Below are positions 21,870 through 33,570 of a stretch of 64,000 bases of DNA, piece after piece. Source of the DNA: an uncultured Candidatus Rokubacteria bacterium (lineage in GTDB: Bacteria; Methylomirabilota; Methylomirabilia; Rokubacteriales; CSP1-6). The first letter of the stretch is position 1. Each line of letters opens with the position of its first letter. A program made the position numbers and the translations under genes. Below the pieces are notes generated by a model. That model made no database searches, was not told where the DNA came from, and worked only from the letters and a program-made list of their open reading frames with translations. Location of the stretch: the NCBI GenBank assembly GCA_963789955.1, contig CAWBMV010000012.1:320001-384000 (forward strand). The letters run 5' to 3'.

Positions 21870-23054
21870 AGGACCGCTGGCCGGCGTTCGTGTGCTCGAC
21901 CTCACCCGCGTCCTGGCGGGTCCCTTCTGCGCGATGATGCTCGGCGACATGGGCGCCGAGGTGATCAAGGTCGAGGAGCCCGGCAAGGGCGACGACACGC
22001 GCAGCTGGCCGCCGTTCGTCGGCGGCGAGTCGACCTACTTCATGTCGGTGAACCGGAGCAAGAAGAGCATCACCCTGAATCTCAAGGCCAAGGAAGGACA
22101 AGAGATCTTTCGGAAGCTGGTCAAGAAGTGCGACGTGCTGCTGGAGAACTTCCGTCCGGGCACGATGGACAAGCTCGGCTTCGGCTATCGCGCGCTCGCG
22201 CGCCTGAACCCGCGCCTCGTGTACTGCTCGGTGTCGGGGTTCGGCGAGTCGGGCCCCGAGGCGCACCGAGCGGGCTACGACCTGGTGATCCAGGCGGAGT
22301 CCGGCGTGATGGATCTCACGGGCTTCGCGGACGGTCCGCCCGTGAAGGTCGGCAACTCGATCGGCGACCTGGTCGGCCGGCATGTCGGCGGCCCACGGCG
22401 TCGTGCTGGCACTGCTCGCTCGAACCCGCTCCCGTCGCGGGCAAAAGGTCGAGATCTCGATGCTCGACGTCATGGCGGCGCTGCTCACATATCAAGCCGG
22501 CATCTATTTCGGCACGGGCGCGCGCCCGGCCCGCCGCGGCAACGCCCATCCGTCGATCGTGCCGTACGAGGTGTTCCGCGCCGCCGACGCGTTCGTCGTG
22601 CTCGGCGTCGCCAACAACTCGCTGTGGAACAAGTGCTGCACCGCGCTCGGGCCATCCGGAGCTCGCGACCGATCCGCGCTTCGATGCCGAGGCCAAGCGC
22701 GTGCGGAACCGCGACACGCTCGTGCCTCTGCTGAACGAGATCCTCGGGACGCGACCGGCCGCGGATTGGGTCAAGCAGTTCGAGGGCGCCGGCATTCCGG
22801 CCGGTCTCATCAAGTCCGTCGCCGAGGTGTGTGAGAGCGAGCACCTCAAGGCGCGCGGGATGATCGTGTCGCTGCCGCACCCGCGGGCCAAGAAGGTCAC
22901 CGTGATGGGCGTGCCCATCCGCCTGCATGCCACCCCCGGCGCGGCCACGATCCCGCCTCCCGTCATCGGCCAGCACACGGAGACGGTCCTGCGAAGCCTG
23001 GTGGGCCTCAGCAAGCCCGCCGTCGAGCGACTCCGCGCGCACGGCGTCGTCTGA
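21856..23054 (+). CDS. CoA-transferase family III (CaiB/BaiF); two frameshifts
   Basis: DLTRVLAGP, NRSKKS, ENFRPG and GYDLVIQ motifs. Confidence 0.9.
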
Positions 23055-23064
23055 CGCGCTGACC

Positions 23065-23665
23065 GTGTCGGCGACTCTCGCGACGCTCGCGCCCGTCACG
23101 CTCGAGGGACGCTACCTCACCCTGGAGCCGGTCGCCGAGCGCCACGCCCGCGATCATCTTCGACGTGATGCAGGACGAGGAGGTTTGTCGTTACCTCGCG
23201 TGGCCGCCGCCCCAGGCGCTCGATGAGACCCTCGCGCTGATCCGCCAGGCCGAGGACCTGATGGCCCGGCGGGAGTCGATCGTCTTCGCGCAGATCTGGA
23301 AGGCGACGGGTCGCGCGATCGGCTCGACGCGCCTGCTCGACGTGCGCCCCAATGATCGGCAGGTCGAGATCGGCTCCACGTTTCTCGGCCGCGAATACTG
23401 GCGGACTCCGGCCAATACCGAGTCGAAGTTCCTCTTCTTGCGTTATTGCTTCGAGACCCTCGGCTGCGTGCGTGTCGCGCTCAAGACCGACGGCCGCAAC
23501 GTCCGCTCTCAAGAGGCGATCACGCGCCTCGGGGCGGTCCGCGAGGGCACGCTCCGCCGGCACATGAACGTCCGCGGCTTCCAGCGCGACACGGTCTACT
23601 TCTCGATCCTCGACACCGAGTGGCCCGCCATCAGCACCCGCCTCGCGACCCGCCTCTACGCCTGA
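23065..23665 (+). CDS. GNAT N-acetyltransferase (RimJ/RimL type); frameshift near 23155
   Basis: VEIGST, NTESK, NVRSQ...LGAVREG and RDTVYFSI motifs. Confidence 0.88.
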
Positions 23666-23726
23666 AGAGCAGTTCCTGATGATGCGTTCTTCGGTGCGGT
23701 GCGGCAGTCAGGGCTCTCGCGAGTGA

Positions 23727-23886
23727 CGGCGGCGGGGCAGGGGCGTGCGGGAGGGGTCGACGCGACCCGTTCCCTCCAAGGGACAACGGACGAGCGGCGC
23801 CCAGATGGAGCCCAGCCGCGCGCGGAAATGCGCACGCGCGCCGCGTGGTCGCGCGACCCCTCCCGCACGCCCCTGCCCCGCCGCCG
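23727..23886. repeat. Long inverted repeat (REP/MITE-like)
   Basis: 23727-23759 is the exact reverse complement of 23854-23886 (33 bp). After a 1-nt bulge a further 7 bp pair. Confidence 0.9.
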
Positions 23887-23906
23887 CCTCCCGCGGGCGC
23901 CGATTG

Positions 23907-23936
23907 TTGACACGTCGACGATGGAGAGGGCATGAT
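23907..23936 (+). promoter_or_regulatory. Sigma70-type promoter for cimA
   Basis: TTGACA-18 nt-CATGAT, ending 11 nt before the ATG. Confidence 0.5.
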
Positions 23937-23947
23937 CGGGGTCTGCC

Positions 23948-25528
23948 ATGCGCCGCCTGATCAAGATCTACGATACGACGCTCCGCGACGGCACCCAGGG
24001 CGAGGGTGTGTCCTTCTCGATGGAAGACAAGGTCCGGCTCGCGACCCGGCTCGACGCGCTGGGAATCCACTACATCGAGGGCGGTTGGCCGGGCTCGAAT
24101 CCGAAAGACCTGCGGTTCTTCCGTCGCATGCAGGACGTGACGCTCAAGCAGGCGAAGCTCGCCGCGTTCAGCATGACCCGGCGCGCCGGGGTCACGGCCG
24201 AGGCCGATGCGAACATGCAGGCGCTGCTCGACGCCGGCACGCCGGTGGCGACGATCGTCGGCAAGTCGTGGGACTTCCACGTCACCGAGGCGCTCGGCAC
24301 GACGCTTCCCGAGAATCTGGCGATGATCGGCGACACGATCGCGTTCCTCCGGCCGCGGATGGACGAGGTGCTCTTCGACGCCGAGCACTTCTTCGATGGC
24401 TTCCGCGCCAACCGCGACTACGCGCTGGCGACGTTGCGCGCGGCCGAGGCGGCCGGGGCGCACTGGCTCATCCTGTGCGACACGAACGGCGGCACGTTGC
24501 CCGCGCAGCTCGTCGCGATCATCGCGGATGTGAAGAAGCACGTGCGGACTCCGCTCGGGATCCACGTGCACAACGACGCCGAGTGCGCCGTCGCGAACTC
24601 GCTCGCCGCCGTGGCCGAAGGTGTCGGCCAGGTGCAGGGCACCCTCAACGGCTTCGGCGAGCGCTGCGGCAACGCGAACCTCGTGTCGATCATCCCGAGC
24701 CTGATCTTGAAAATGGGCCTCGACTGCATCCCCGAGCCCAACCTGCGCGAGCTTCGCGATGTCTCTCGCTTCGCCTCGGAGCTGGCCAACCGCAAACCCT
24801 GGTCGTCGCAGCCGTACGTGGGCGATTCGGCCTTCGCGCACAAGGGCGGCATGCACGTCTCGGCCGTCCAGAAGCATCCGGAGACTTACGAGCACATCGA
24901 CCCCGCGGCCGTGGGCAATCGCCGGCGCGTGCTCGTCTCCGAGCTGGCCGGTAAGTCGAACATCCTCTGGAAGGCGCGCGAATACGGCATCGACCTCGAT
25001 CAGGACACGCCGGACTCCCGTCGAATTCTCGACCAGCTCAAGACCCTGGAGGATCAGGGATTCCAGTTCGAGGGCGCCGAGGCGTCGTTCGAGCTGCTCA
25101 TGGAGCGGGCGCTCGGCCGCCACCGGCCATGGTTCACGCTCGAGGCGTACCGGGTGATCGTCGAGGAGCAGAACACCGCCCAGGAGCCAGTGGCCGAAGC
25201 GACGGTGCGTCTGCGGGTGAAGGGGATCCTGGAGCACACCGCCGCCTCTGGAAACGGTCCCGTCGACGCGCTCGACCACGCGCTCCGGAAGGCTCTCGAG
25301 GAGTTCTATCCGAACCTCAAGACCATGAGGCTCCTGGACTACAAGGTGCGCATCCTGGACGAGTCGAAGGGGACAGCGGCCAAGACGCGCGTTCTGGTGA
25401 CCTCGGGCGACGGCGACGAGACCTGGGGCACGGTCGGCGTCGCGGACAACATCATCGAAGCCTCATGGCAGGCGCTGGTGGACTCGGTCGAGTACAAGCT
25501 TCGTCGCGATAGTTCCGCTCGTCGCTGA
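23948..25528 (+). CDS. cimA: Citramalate synthase
   Basis: [36 protein letters not shown] and AFAHKGGMH motifs. Confidence 0.92.
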   Translation: MRRLIKIYDTTLRDGTQGEGVSFSMEDKVRLATRLDALGIHYIEGGWPGSNPKDLRFFRRMQDVTLKQAKLAAFSMTRRAGVTAEADANMQALLDAGTPVATIVGKSWDFHVTEALGTTLPENLAMIGDTIAFLRPRMDEVLFDAEHFFDGFRANRDYALATLRAAEAAGAHWLILCDTNGGTLPAQLVAIIADVKKHVRTPLGIHVHNDAECAVANSLAAVAEGVGQVQGTLNGFGERCGNANLVSIIPSLILKMGLDCIPEPNLRELRDVSRFASELANRKPWSSQPYVGDSAFAHKGGMHVSAVQKHPETYEHIDPAAVGNRRRVLVSELAGKSNILWKAREYGIDLDQDTPDSRRILDQLKTLEDQGFQFEGAEASFELLMERALGRHRPWFTLEAYRVIVEEQNTAQEPVAEATVRLRVKGILEHTAASGNGPVDALDHALRKALEEFYPNLKTMRLLDYKVRILDESKGTAAKTRVLVTSGDGDETWGTVGVADNIIEASWQALVDSVEYKLRRDSSARR

Positions 25529-25683
25529 CCCGCCGGTCAGGAACTGTTCGGCTCCCCTCTTCAGTACCGATCACGAACCATCTGGATCGAGAGTGATCTA
25601 GGTGGTCAAATACCTACCAGGATCGGGCTGCTCGCCATACCGTAAGTTTCCTTAAATACAGAGAAAATGCCCATGCCTGAGAC

Positions 25684-25700
25684 TCGGTATCGGAATTGCT
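25684..25700 (+). promoter_or_regulatory. Probable sigma54 promoter
   Basis: CGGTATCGGAATTGCT (GG 25686-87, GC 25698-99) in an AT-rich intergenic region. Confidence 0.55.
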
Positions 25701-25727
25701 TTTTCCGGTACCCAGGAGGGCTCAGAC

Positions 25728-26012
25728 ATGTCGGTCAATGGAGCGGCGGTCAGTGAGTCGGTCAACGGTGGCGGGTCTCGCACGTGGCACCAGCCGCGTG
25801 GCGTAGGCCGCCCATCGACGGTGGCTCCGTTCGCACCTCAGATCGAGGCATGGCTGCGTGAGACACCTTCGATGTCGGGTGCAGAGGTGCTCCGTCGCGC
25901 GCGTGAAGTCGGCTACCGCGGCGGGAAGAGCGCGCTCTACGAGCTCGTGCGGCGTCTGCGGATTCCCGTCGCGGCGAGCCTGTCGGTCGTCCCGTCCAGC
26001 GGCAGCCACTAG
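25728..26012 (+). CDS. Small protein resembling the N-terminal DNA-binding domain of IS21 IstA
   Basis: GRPSTVAPFAPQIEAWL...EVLRRAREVGYRGGKSALYELVRRLR; AGGAGG RBS. Confidence 0.7.
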   Translation: MSVNGAAVSESVNGGGSRTWHQPRGVGRPSTVAPFAPQIEAWLRETPSMSGAEVLRRAREVGYRGGKSALYELVRRLRIPVAASLSVVPSSGSH

Positions 26013-26145
26013 TCGCTAGTGGCGCCGGACCCGCACCGAGGATTCGAGCACGCTCGGTGCCGGGTCGGTTGTCGGCCGGCGGTGCTCCGCCGGCCCGCGG
26101 TCTGAAGCTCTAGAAGGCCGCGTCGACCCCGAGAAGCGCTCGCGG

Positions 26146-26823
26146 CTAGTACGTGCCCGGGCGGATCTGCTTGTAGAGCTGCTTGAGAGCGTCGGCGGTG
26201 AACGTCGGCGACTGGCAGACCGAGATGATCTTACGCTCGTCGGCCTCGACCTTTGCGACCGCTTCGGGGATCCGCGCGGCGATGTCGGTCGGAATCGTCA
26301 CGGCGCCGTGCTGGTCGGCGTGAACCAGATCGCCCGGCTTCACCCACAGCCCACCCACCTTGATCGGCAAACCGAAGTCGACCATGTGCACGTAGGCGTG
26401 CGAGACCGAGACGTGAGCCGCGGCGAACTGGAACCCCAGCGCCCGTACCTCGTCGAGGTCGCGCACCGAGCCGTCCGTGATGACGCCGGCGCAGCCGAGC
26501 GCGCGGTGGATGTTGGCCTGGACCTCGCCCCACTGGGCACCCTGGCCCCGAGGCTCGTCGAGGTCGTGGACGACGATCACGCGGGGCGCCGGGATCGAGA
26601 GCACGTAGTCCCACCACCCGAACGTGGAGGCGCGATGGCCCTCGAGCGGCTGGGGCTCGGCGCGGATCACCGCGGTGACCGCGTACCCGACCAGCGGCCC
26701 GAGCTCGGTGAACAAGGTGCGGATCTCGGACGACATGTTGCCGTGATTGCGGGGGCGGACGTTGAACGTCTCGATCGCGTTGGCCACGCTGGGGCTGGAG
26801 ATCTTCTTGAGGGCGTCGATCAT
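26146..26823 (-). CDS. RraA family / HMG-CHA aldolase-like protein
   Basis: VGYAVTA, WGE, GVITDGSVRD and GDLVHADQHG motifs. Confidence 0.88.
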   Translation of the reverse strand: MIDALKKISSPSVANAIETFNVRPRNHGNMSSEIRTLFTELGPLVGYAVTAVIRAEPQPLEGHRASTFGWWDYVLSIPAPRVIVVHDLDEPRGQGAQWGEVQANIHRALGCAGVITDGSVRDLDEVRALGFQFAAAHVSVSHAYVHMVDFGLPIKVGGLWVKPGDLVHADQHGAVTIPTDIAARIPEAVAKVEADERKIISVCQSPTFTADALKQLYKQIRPGTY

Positions 26824-27473
26824 CAGATGGTGTCCTTTCGGCGCTGGATCAGCAGGGTTTTGAGCATCTCGATCGTCTGCCGGGTCGACTCGAGATTCGG
26901 GTTCACGCGGAGCGCGCGCTCGAAGTACTCGAGCGCGATCGCGGGCTGGTCGAGCTGCATGTAGATCATCCCGTAGCCGCTGAGCGCGCCGAAGTGATAC
27001 GGGTTGCGCTTCATCACTTCGTCGCAATCGGCGAGCGACTTCTGATATTCGCCCAGGAGGTAATAGACGGTCGCCCGCTTGTTCCAGCCTTCGGCGAACT
27101 CCGGCTTACGCCGGATGATCTCGCTGAAGGTCTCGACGGCCTGCTCGCCCTGGCGCGCGTTCATTTGCTCGAGGCCGGTCGCGAAGAGCCGGTCGATGGT
27201 CGGGTCGCCCGATCGGCTCCACACCTGCCACATCGAGCTCTCCGCATTCTCGCGGACGACCTCGTCGCTGTCGCGCAGCGCCGCGGCCAGCTGCGGCAGG
27301 TCGCTCATGAGCCCGGTCTCGCCCAGCGCTTGAGCGCCCAGGCGGCGACTGTCGGCGCTGCCCTTGTCGGCGAGCGCCTTGAGCGCCTCCTCGCGCGTCG
27401 GGCCGGCGAGCAGCGGCGCCGGCGACAAGGCGAGCGCGATGAGCACGAGGGTCCCGAGCCATCGACGCCTCAT
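26823..27473 (-). CDS. Exported HEAT/TPR-repeat protein
   Basis: Signal peptide and PEFAEGWNKRATVYY...NPYHFGALSG. Confidence 0.85.
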   Translation of the reverse strand: MRRRWLGTLVLIALALSPAPLLAGPTREEALKALADKGSADSRRLGAQALGETGLMSDLPQLAAALRDSDEVVRENAESSMWQVWSRSGDPTIDRLFATGLEQMNARQGEQAVETFSEIIRRKPEFAEGWNKRATVYYLLGEYQKSLADCDEVMKRNPYHFGALSGYGMIYMQLDQPAIALEYFERALRVNPNLESTRQTIEMLKTLLIQRRKDTI

Positions 27474-28420
27474 GGCTCGTACGCCTCGTTGACCGTGGTC
27501 GTCGCGAATCCGGGCTGGGTTCCGCCGCCGGGCACGTAGATGCGCTGGCCGACCACCGCCGCGCCGATGCCGTGGCGCGGCGTGCGCATCGGGTCCTTGC
27601 CGATCCAGCGGTTGCCGGCGACTTCGTACATCTCGTTGGCGCTGAAGATGCGCAGCGGCGCCTCGCCGCCGAACACGTAGACGCGATCGCCCAGCACGGC
27701 GGCGGCGAGGCCGCCGCGGCCGGTCGGGAGCGGGACTCCGGTCGACCAGCTGTTCGTCGCGGGATCGTAGATCTCGACGTTGGGGAACTGGGTCCCCAGG
27801 AACGACGTACGCCCGCCGATCGCCCAGAGCTTGCCCTGGAACGCGACGGCCGCGAGATGATCGCGCGCGGTCGGCATCGGAGGGCCATCGCTCCACCGGT
27901 CGGGCGTGGGCTCGTAGATCTCGTGCGCGGCGCTCGCGCTGTCGTCGCTGCCGCCGATCGCGTGCAGTCGGCCTCCCAGAGCCACCACCGCGAGCCCGCC
28001 GCGCGCCTGCTTCAGCGGCGCGCGGGTCGCCCACGAGCTCCGCGCCTCGTCGTACTCGTAGACGGTTCGCAGCGCGCTCGAGCCGAGTCGACCGCCGCTG
28101 TAGCCGCCGACGACGAAGAGGCGCCCGTCGATGACGGCGGCCGCCGCATGGTGGGTCGGGGCGGGAAGCGGCGTGCGAGTCTCCCAGCGGTCGGAGGCCG
28201 GATCGTAGACCTCCACCGTGGCGACGGCCTCGCTGTCCGGACCGAAGCCGCCGATCACGAAGATGCGCCCATTGACCTCCGCGACGGCGACCTCCTGGCG
28301 CGCGGTCGGCATCGGGGCGAGCGCGATCCACTTTCCCGGACTCATGATGTCGACCGGCGCGGTCGAGTCGGTCGTCTTGCCGAGACAGCCGGCCAGGACC
28401 ATCACCGCCAGAGCGAGCAC
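27470..28420 (-). CDS. Kelch-repeat beta-propeller, probable lipoprotein
   Basis: Six GG...Y...W kelch repeats and an LAGC lipobox. Confidence 0.88.
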   Translation of the reverse strand: MLALAVMVLAGCLGKTTDSTAPVDIMSPGKWIALAPMPTARQEVAVAEVNGRIFVIGGFGPDSEAVATVEVYDPASDRWETRTPLPAPTHHAAAAVIDGRLFVVGGYSGGRLGSSALRTVYEYDEARSSWATRAPLKQARGGLAVVALGGRLHAIGGSDDSASAAHEIYEPTPDRWSDGPPMPTARDHLAAVAFQGKLWAIGGRTSFLGTQFPNVEIYDPATNSWSTGVPLPTGRGGLAAAVLGDRVYVFGGEAPLRIFSANEMYEVAGNRWIGKDPMRTPRHGIGAAVVGQRIYVPGGGTQPGFATTTVNEAYEP

Positions 28421-28435
28421 GGCGCTCGCGGCGAG

Positions 28436-30506
<2,071 letters not shown>

Positions 30507-30553
30507 TTATACTGCGGGACGATCGGTCGAGAATTCCTTCGGTAGGATTGAAC

Positions 30554-31267
30554 ATGCCACGAACCCCAGTCCTGAACGTTGCGATCGAGACCCGAGACAC
30601 GACGGCCTCGGTCCAAGATTACCTCGCGGCCATTTACGACCTGGCGGGCAGCGGCAAGCCGGTGATCGGCGCGCGGCTCGCGAAGCACATGGCGATCTCC
30701 GCGCCCGCGGTCACCGAGGCGATCCATCGGATGGCCCGCGGCGGGTACGTGAAGATCGGGCGCGGCAAGGAGCTCGTGCTTTCGACCAAGGGCCGGCAGA
30801 TCGCCGAGGTCATGGCGCGGCGTCACCGTCTCCTGGAGCGCTGGCTCACGGATACGCTCGGCCTCAACTGGACGGACGCCCACGAGGAGGCGCATCGACT
30901 CGAGCATGCCCTGTCGCCGCGCGTCGAAGACCGTCTGGCGGAGCTCCTGGGCATGCCGAGCACCTGCCCGCACGGCAACCCCATCCCCGGGATGTCGAAG
31001 CCACCCAAGGTCGAGCCGTTCCCGCTCGCCCAGGCGAAGGAAGGCACGACCGTCGTGGTCGAGCGCATCACGGAGGAGGCGGAGGCCGACAAGAAGCTCC
31101 TCGAGCATCTCTGGAAGAACGACGTCCGCCCGGGTCGGCGCCTGAAGATCACCGAGGTCGCGCCCTGGGCCGGGACGATCACGGCATCGGGCGACGGCCA
31201 GACCATCGCGCTCGGCCTGCCGGCCGCCGCGAAGATCTGGGTCTACCTCCCCGGTGCGGCTGGATGA
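30554..31267 (+). CDS. DtxR/MntR metal-dependent transcriptional regulator with FeoA domain
   Basis: DYLAAIY, RRHRLLE, EAHRLEH and CPHGNPIP motifs. Confidence 0.92.
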   Translation: MPRTPVLNVAIETRDTTASVQDYLAAIYDLAGSGKPVIGARLAKHMAISAPAVTEAIHRMARGGYVKIGRGKELVLSTKGRQIAEVMARRHRLLERWLTDTLGLNWTDAHEEAHRLEHALSPRVEDRLAELLGMPSTCPHGNPIPGMSKPPKVEPFPLAQAKEGTTVVVERITEEAEADKKLLEHLWKNDVRPGRRLKITEVAPWAGTITASGDGQTIALGLPAAAKIWVYLPGAAG

Positions 31268-31620
31268 AGGCTCTCGGCTGGGTTTTTGTCGCGATCGGCT
31301 GCGTCTACGTCTTCTACTGCGGTGCGATGGCCGTCTGGTCCTATCTCGAGGTCACCAGCGTGGTCGAGGAGGTCGTCAACGAGCGTGCCTCACGGACCGA
31401 GCGTCAGGAGCGTGCGACTCGCGTCAGGGACGACATCGTCAAGAAGATGACGGCGAGCGGTATCAACGTCGACGAGCGCGCCATCTCGGTGAGCGACGAG
31501 GGCAAGACGATCGACGTCAGCGTGCGGTGGAGCTGGCCGGTGATCGTCTACCAGGAGCGGGAATACCTGGCGGTTCCGATGAAGCACGAACGGACATTCC
31601 CGGCGCCCGAGCGGCGCTGA
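31264..31620 (+). CDS. Hypothetical membrane-anchored protein
   Basis: N-terminal TM helix; ATGA overlap with the regulator gene. Confidence 0.7.
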   Translation: MKALGWVFVAIGCVYVFYCGAMAVWSYLEVTSVVEEVVNERASRTERQERATRVRDDIVKKMTASGINVDERAISVSDEGKTIDVSVRWSWPVIVYQEREYLAVPMKHERTFPAPERR

Positions 31621-31621
31621 G

Positions 31622-32566
31622 TCAGCGCTTGGCCTGAGCCTCGCGGATCATCTTCGCGACCCGATCTCGGTCCTCTCCCGGCGGCGCCAGCGCGACGAAC
31701 TTTTCCCAGGAACGAACCGCCCCGGCGACGTCGTGCTTGGCCTCGTAGAGGATCTGGCCTCGATAGAGGAGGGCCGGCAAGTAGCTCGGATCGGTCGTCA
31801 GCGCGCGATCGAGGATCTCGAGCGCGCGATCGGCGTGCTCGGGGCCGCCACCGACCGCGAGGATCAACGCCAGATGAGTCGTCGCGTCCACGTTGTTCGG
31901 ATCGCGTTTGAGGACGGCCTGGTACGCGGCGATGGCCTCGCTGTAGCGGCCCTGGGCCAGGCTCGAGCGCGCCGCCTGCAACATGCCGTGAAGCATCTCG
32001 GGCGGTAGCGGTTTGCCGGGTGTCACGGCGGGCGCATTCCGGGCGCTCGGTGCTTCTTGCCCGCCGGGCGCCTCGCGCGGAAGCACGGCCAGCGGCCGCG
32101 AGCCGGGCTGAGGCTGCCCCGCCATCGGATCCGGTTCGGTGTACCGCACGATTCCGACGCCGACGGCGATCCCGAAGATGACCAGGAGCACTCCCGCGCC
32201 GCCGAGCACGGCCGGATGGCGCCACGCCGAGCGGCGAGGCTCACGCGCCGGGACGCGGGGCGCCGGCGGCTCGGCCGGACCCAGGCGGTCGAGCTCGGTC
32301 AGGATCGCGGCGGTCTCGCCTTCGTAGCGGGCACGAAGCTCGGCAAAGTCGGTATCCGATACGTGGCCGGCCGCGTGCTCGAACTCGAGCTCGCGGATGG
32401 CGGCGAGGGCCACCTGCTTCTCCTCGTCGAGCTCTTGCCGCCGGTCGGGTGGCAGCGGAAGGAACGTGCGCCCGCGACGCTCACGGCCGAGGAGCGGCCA
32501 GAGCACGAACACGAGGGCGGGCACTCCGATGACGGCCGCAGCGACCAGCGCGCCGGCCCCGATCAC
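31622..32566 (-). CDS. ccmI: Cytochrome c biogenesis TPR protein (CcmI/CycH-like)
   Basis: TM, ELEFEHAAG, second TM and TPRs; last gene of the ccm operon. Confidence 0.75.
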   Translation of the reverse strand: MIGAGALVAAAVIGVPALVFVLWPLLGRERRGRTFLPLPPDRRQELDEEKQVALAAIRELEFEHAAGHVSDTDFAELRARYEGETAAILTELDRLGPAEPPAPRVPAREPRRSAWRHPAVLGGAGVLLVIFGIAVGVGIVRYTEPDPMAGQPQPGSRPLAVLPREAPGGQEAPSARNAPAVTPGKPLPPEMLHGMLQAARSSLAQGRYSEAIAAYQAVLKRDPNNVDATTHLALILAVGGGPEHADRALEILDRALTTDPSYLPALLYRGQILYEAKHDVAGAVRSWEKFVALAPPGEDRDRVAKMIREAQAKR

Positions 32567-33037
32567 GAGCCGCTCTCCAGCTCGCGGCGAATTCGCTCGC
32601 TCATCGCCGCGTCGACGGCGACCGGCGGTGGGCGAACACCGCGCGAGCGATGGGTCCAGCGCCACACCAACGCGGCCGTCGCGGCGAGCCCGACGACGAC
32701 CGCGACGAGGGGGAGGAGCCAGACGAGGAGATTGAATCCGCGGCGTGGCGGCGCCAGGAGGATCCAATCGCCGTAGCGGTCGACGAAGTAGCGCTGAATG
32801 TCGGCCGGACTCTCGCCGGCCGCCAGCCGCTCGCGGATGATCGCGCGCATCTGGCTCGCCATCTCCGAGGGCGAGTCGGCCACCGACAGGCTCTGGCACA
32901 CGACGCAGCGAAGGTGCGCGGCGATGTCGTACACGGTCTGCTCGTTGACCGGCTTCGAGCTCTGAGCGGTCGCGGCGCGCCCGGCCGAGCCCAGCAGGGC
33001 CAGTACGGCGACCACGATGACGGCGATCGCGGCTCAT
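32563..33037 (-). CDS. ccmH: Cytochrome c biogenesis protein CcmH/CcmL (start uncertain)
   Basis: LRCVVCQ and RYGDWILLAPP motifs. Confidence 0.9.
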
Positions 33038-33570
33038 TGCGGCGAGGCCTCGGCGAGGAGCCGGTCGACGGTCGTGCGGAAGACGTCGTCGGTGACGGCG
33101 CCGACGTGCTTGACGCGGATCCGGCCCTGGCGATCGAGAAAGAACGTCTCGGGGACTCCGTAGACGCCGTAGTCCACCGACACCGTGCCCTTCAGATCCT
33201 GCGCGACGGGGAAGGTGAGACCGAAGTCGCCGACGAACTTCTGGGCGGCCTCGCGCTTGTCCTGGATGTCGACACCCAGCACGACCACGCCGCGCTCACG
33301 ATAGCCGCGCCAGTTCCGCTCGAGCACCGGCGCCTCCTCGTAGCACGCGGGATAGCACCACGACGCCCAGAAGTTCACGACGACGACCTTGCCTCGATGC
33401 GTCTCGAGACCGAGCGGCGCGCCCTCGAGCGTGGCGAGCGTGAAGGCCGGCGCCGGCCGGCCGACGAGCGGCGACGGAATGTCGCGCGGGCTCACGCGAA
33501 ATCCGTAGGCGAGCAGCGCCAGCACGGGGACGGCGGCGAGCGGGATGAGCCAGCGCCAGAGCCGCTTCAC
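33034..33570 (-). CDS. ccmG: CcmG/TlpA thioredoxin-like protein
   Basis: VNFWASWCYPAC and YGVYGVPETF motifs. Confidence 0.88.
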   Translation of the reverse strand: MKRLWRWLIPLAAVPVLALLAYGFRVSPRDIPSPLVGRPAPAFTLATLEGAPLGLETHRGKVVVVNFWASWCYPACYEEAPVLERNWRGYRERGVVVLGVDIQDKREAAQKFVGDFGLTFPVAQDLKGTVSVDYGVYGVPETFFLDRQGRIRVKHVGAVTDDVFRTTVDRLLAEASPQ

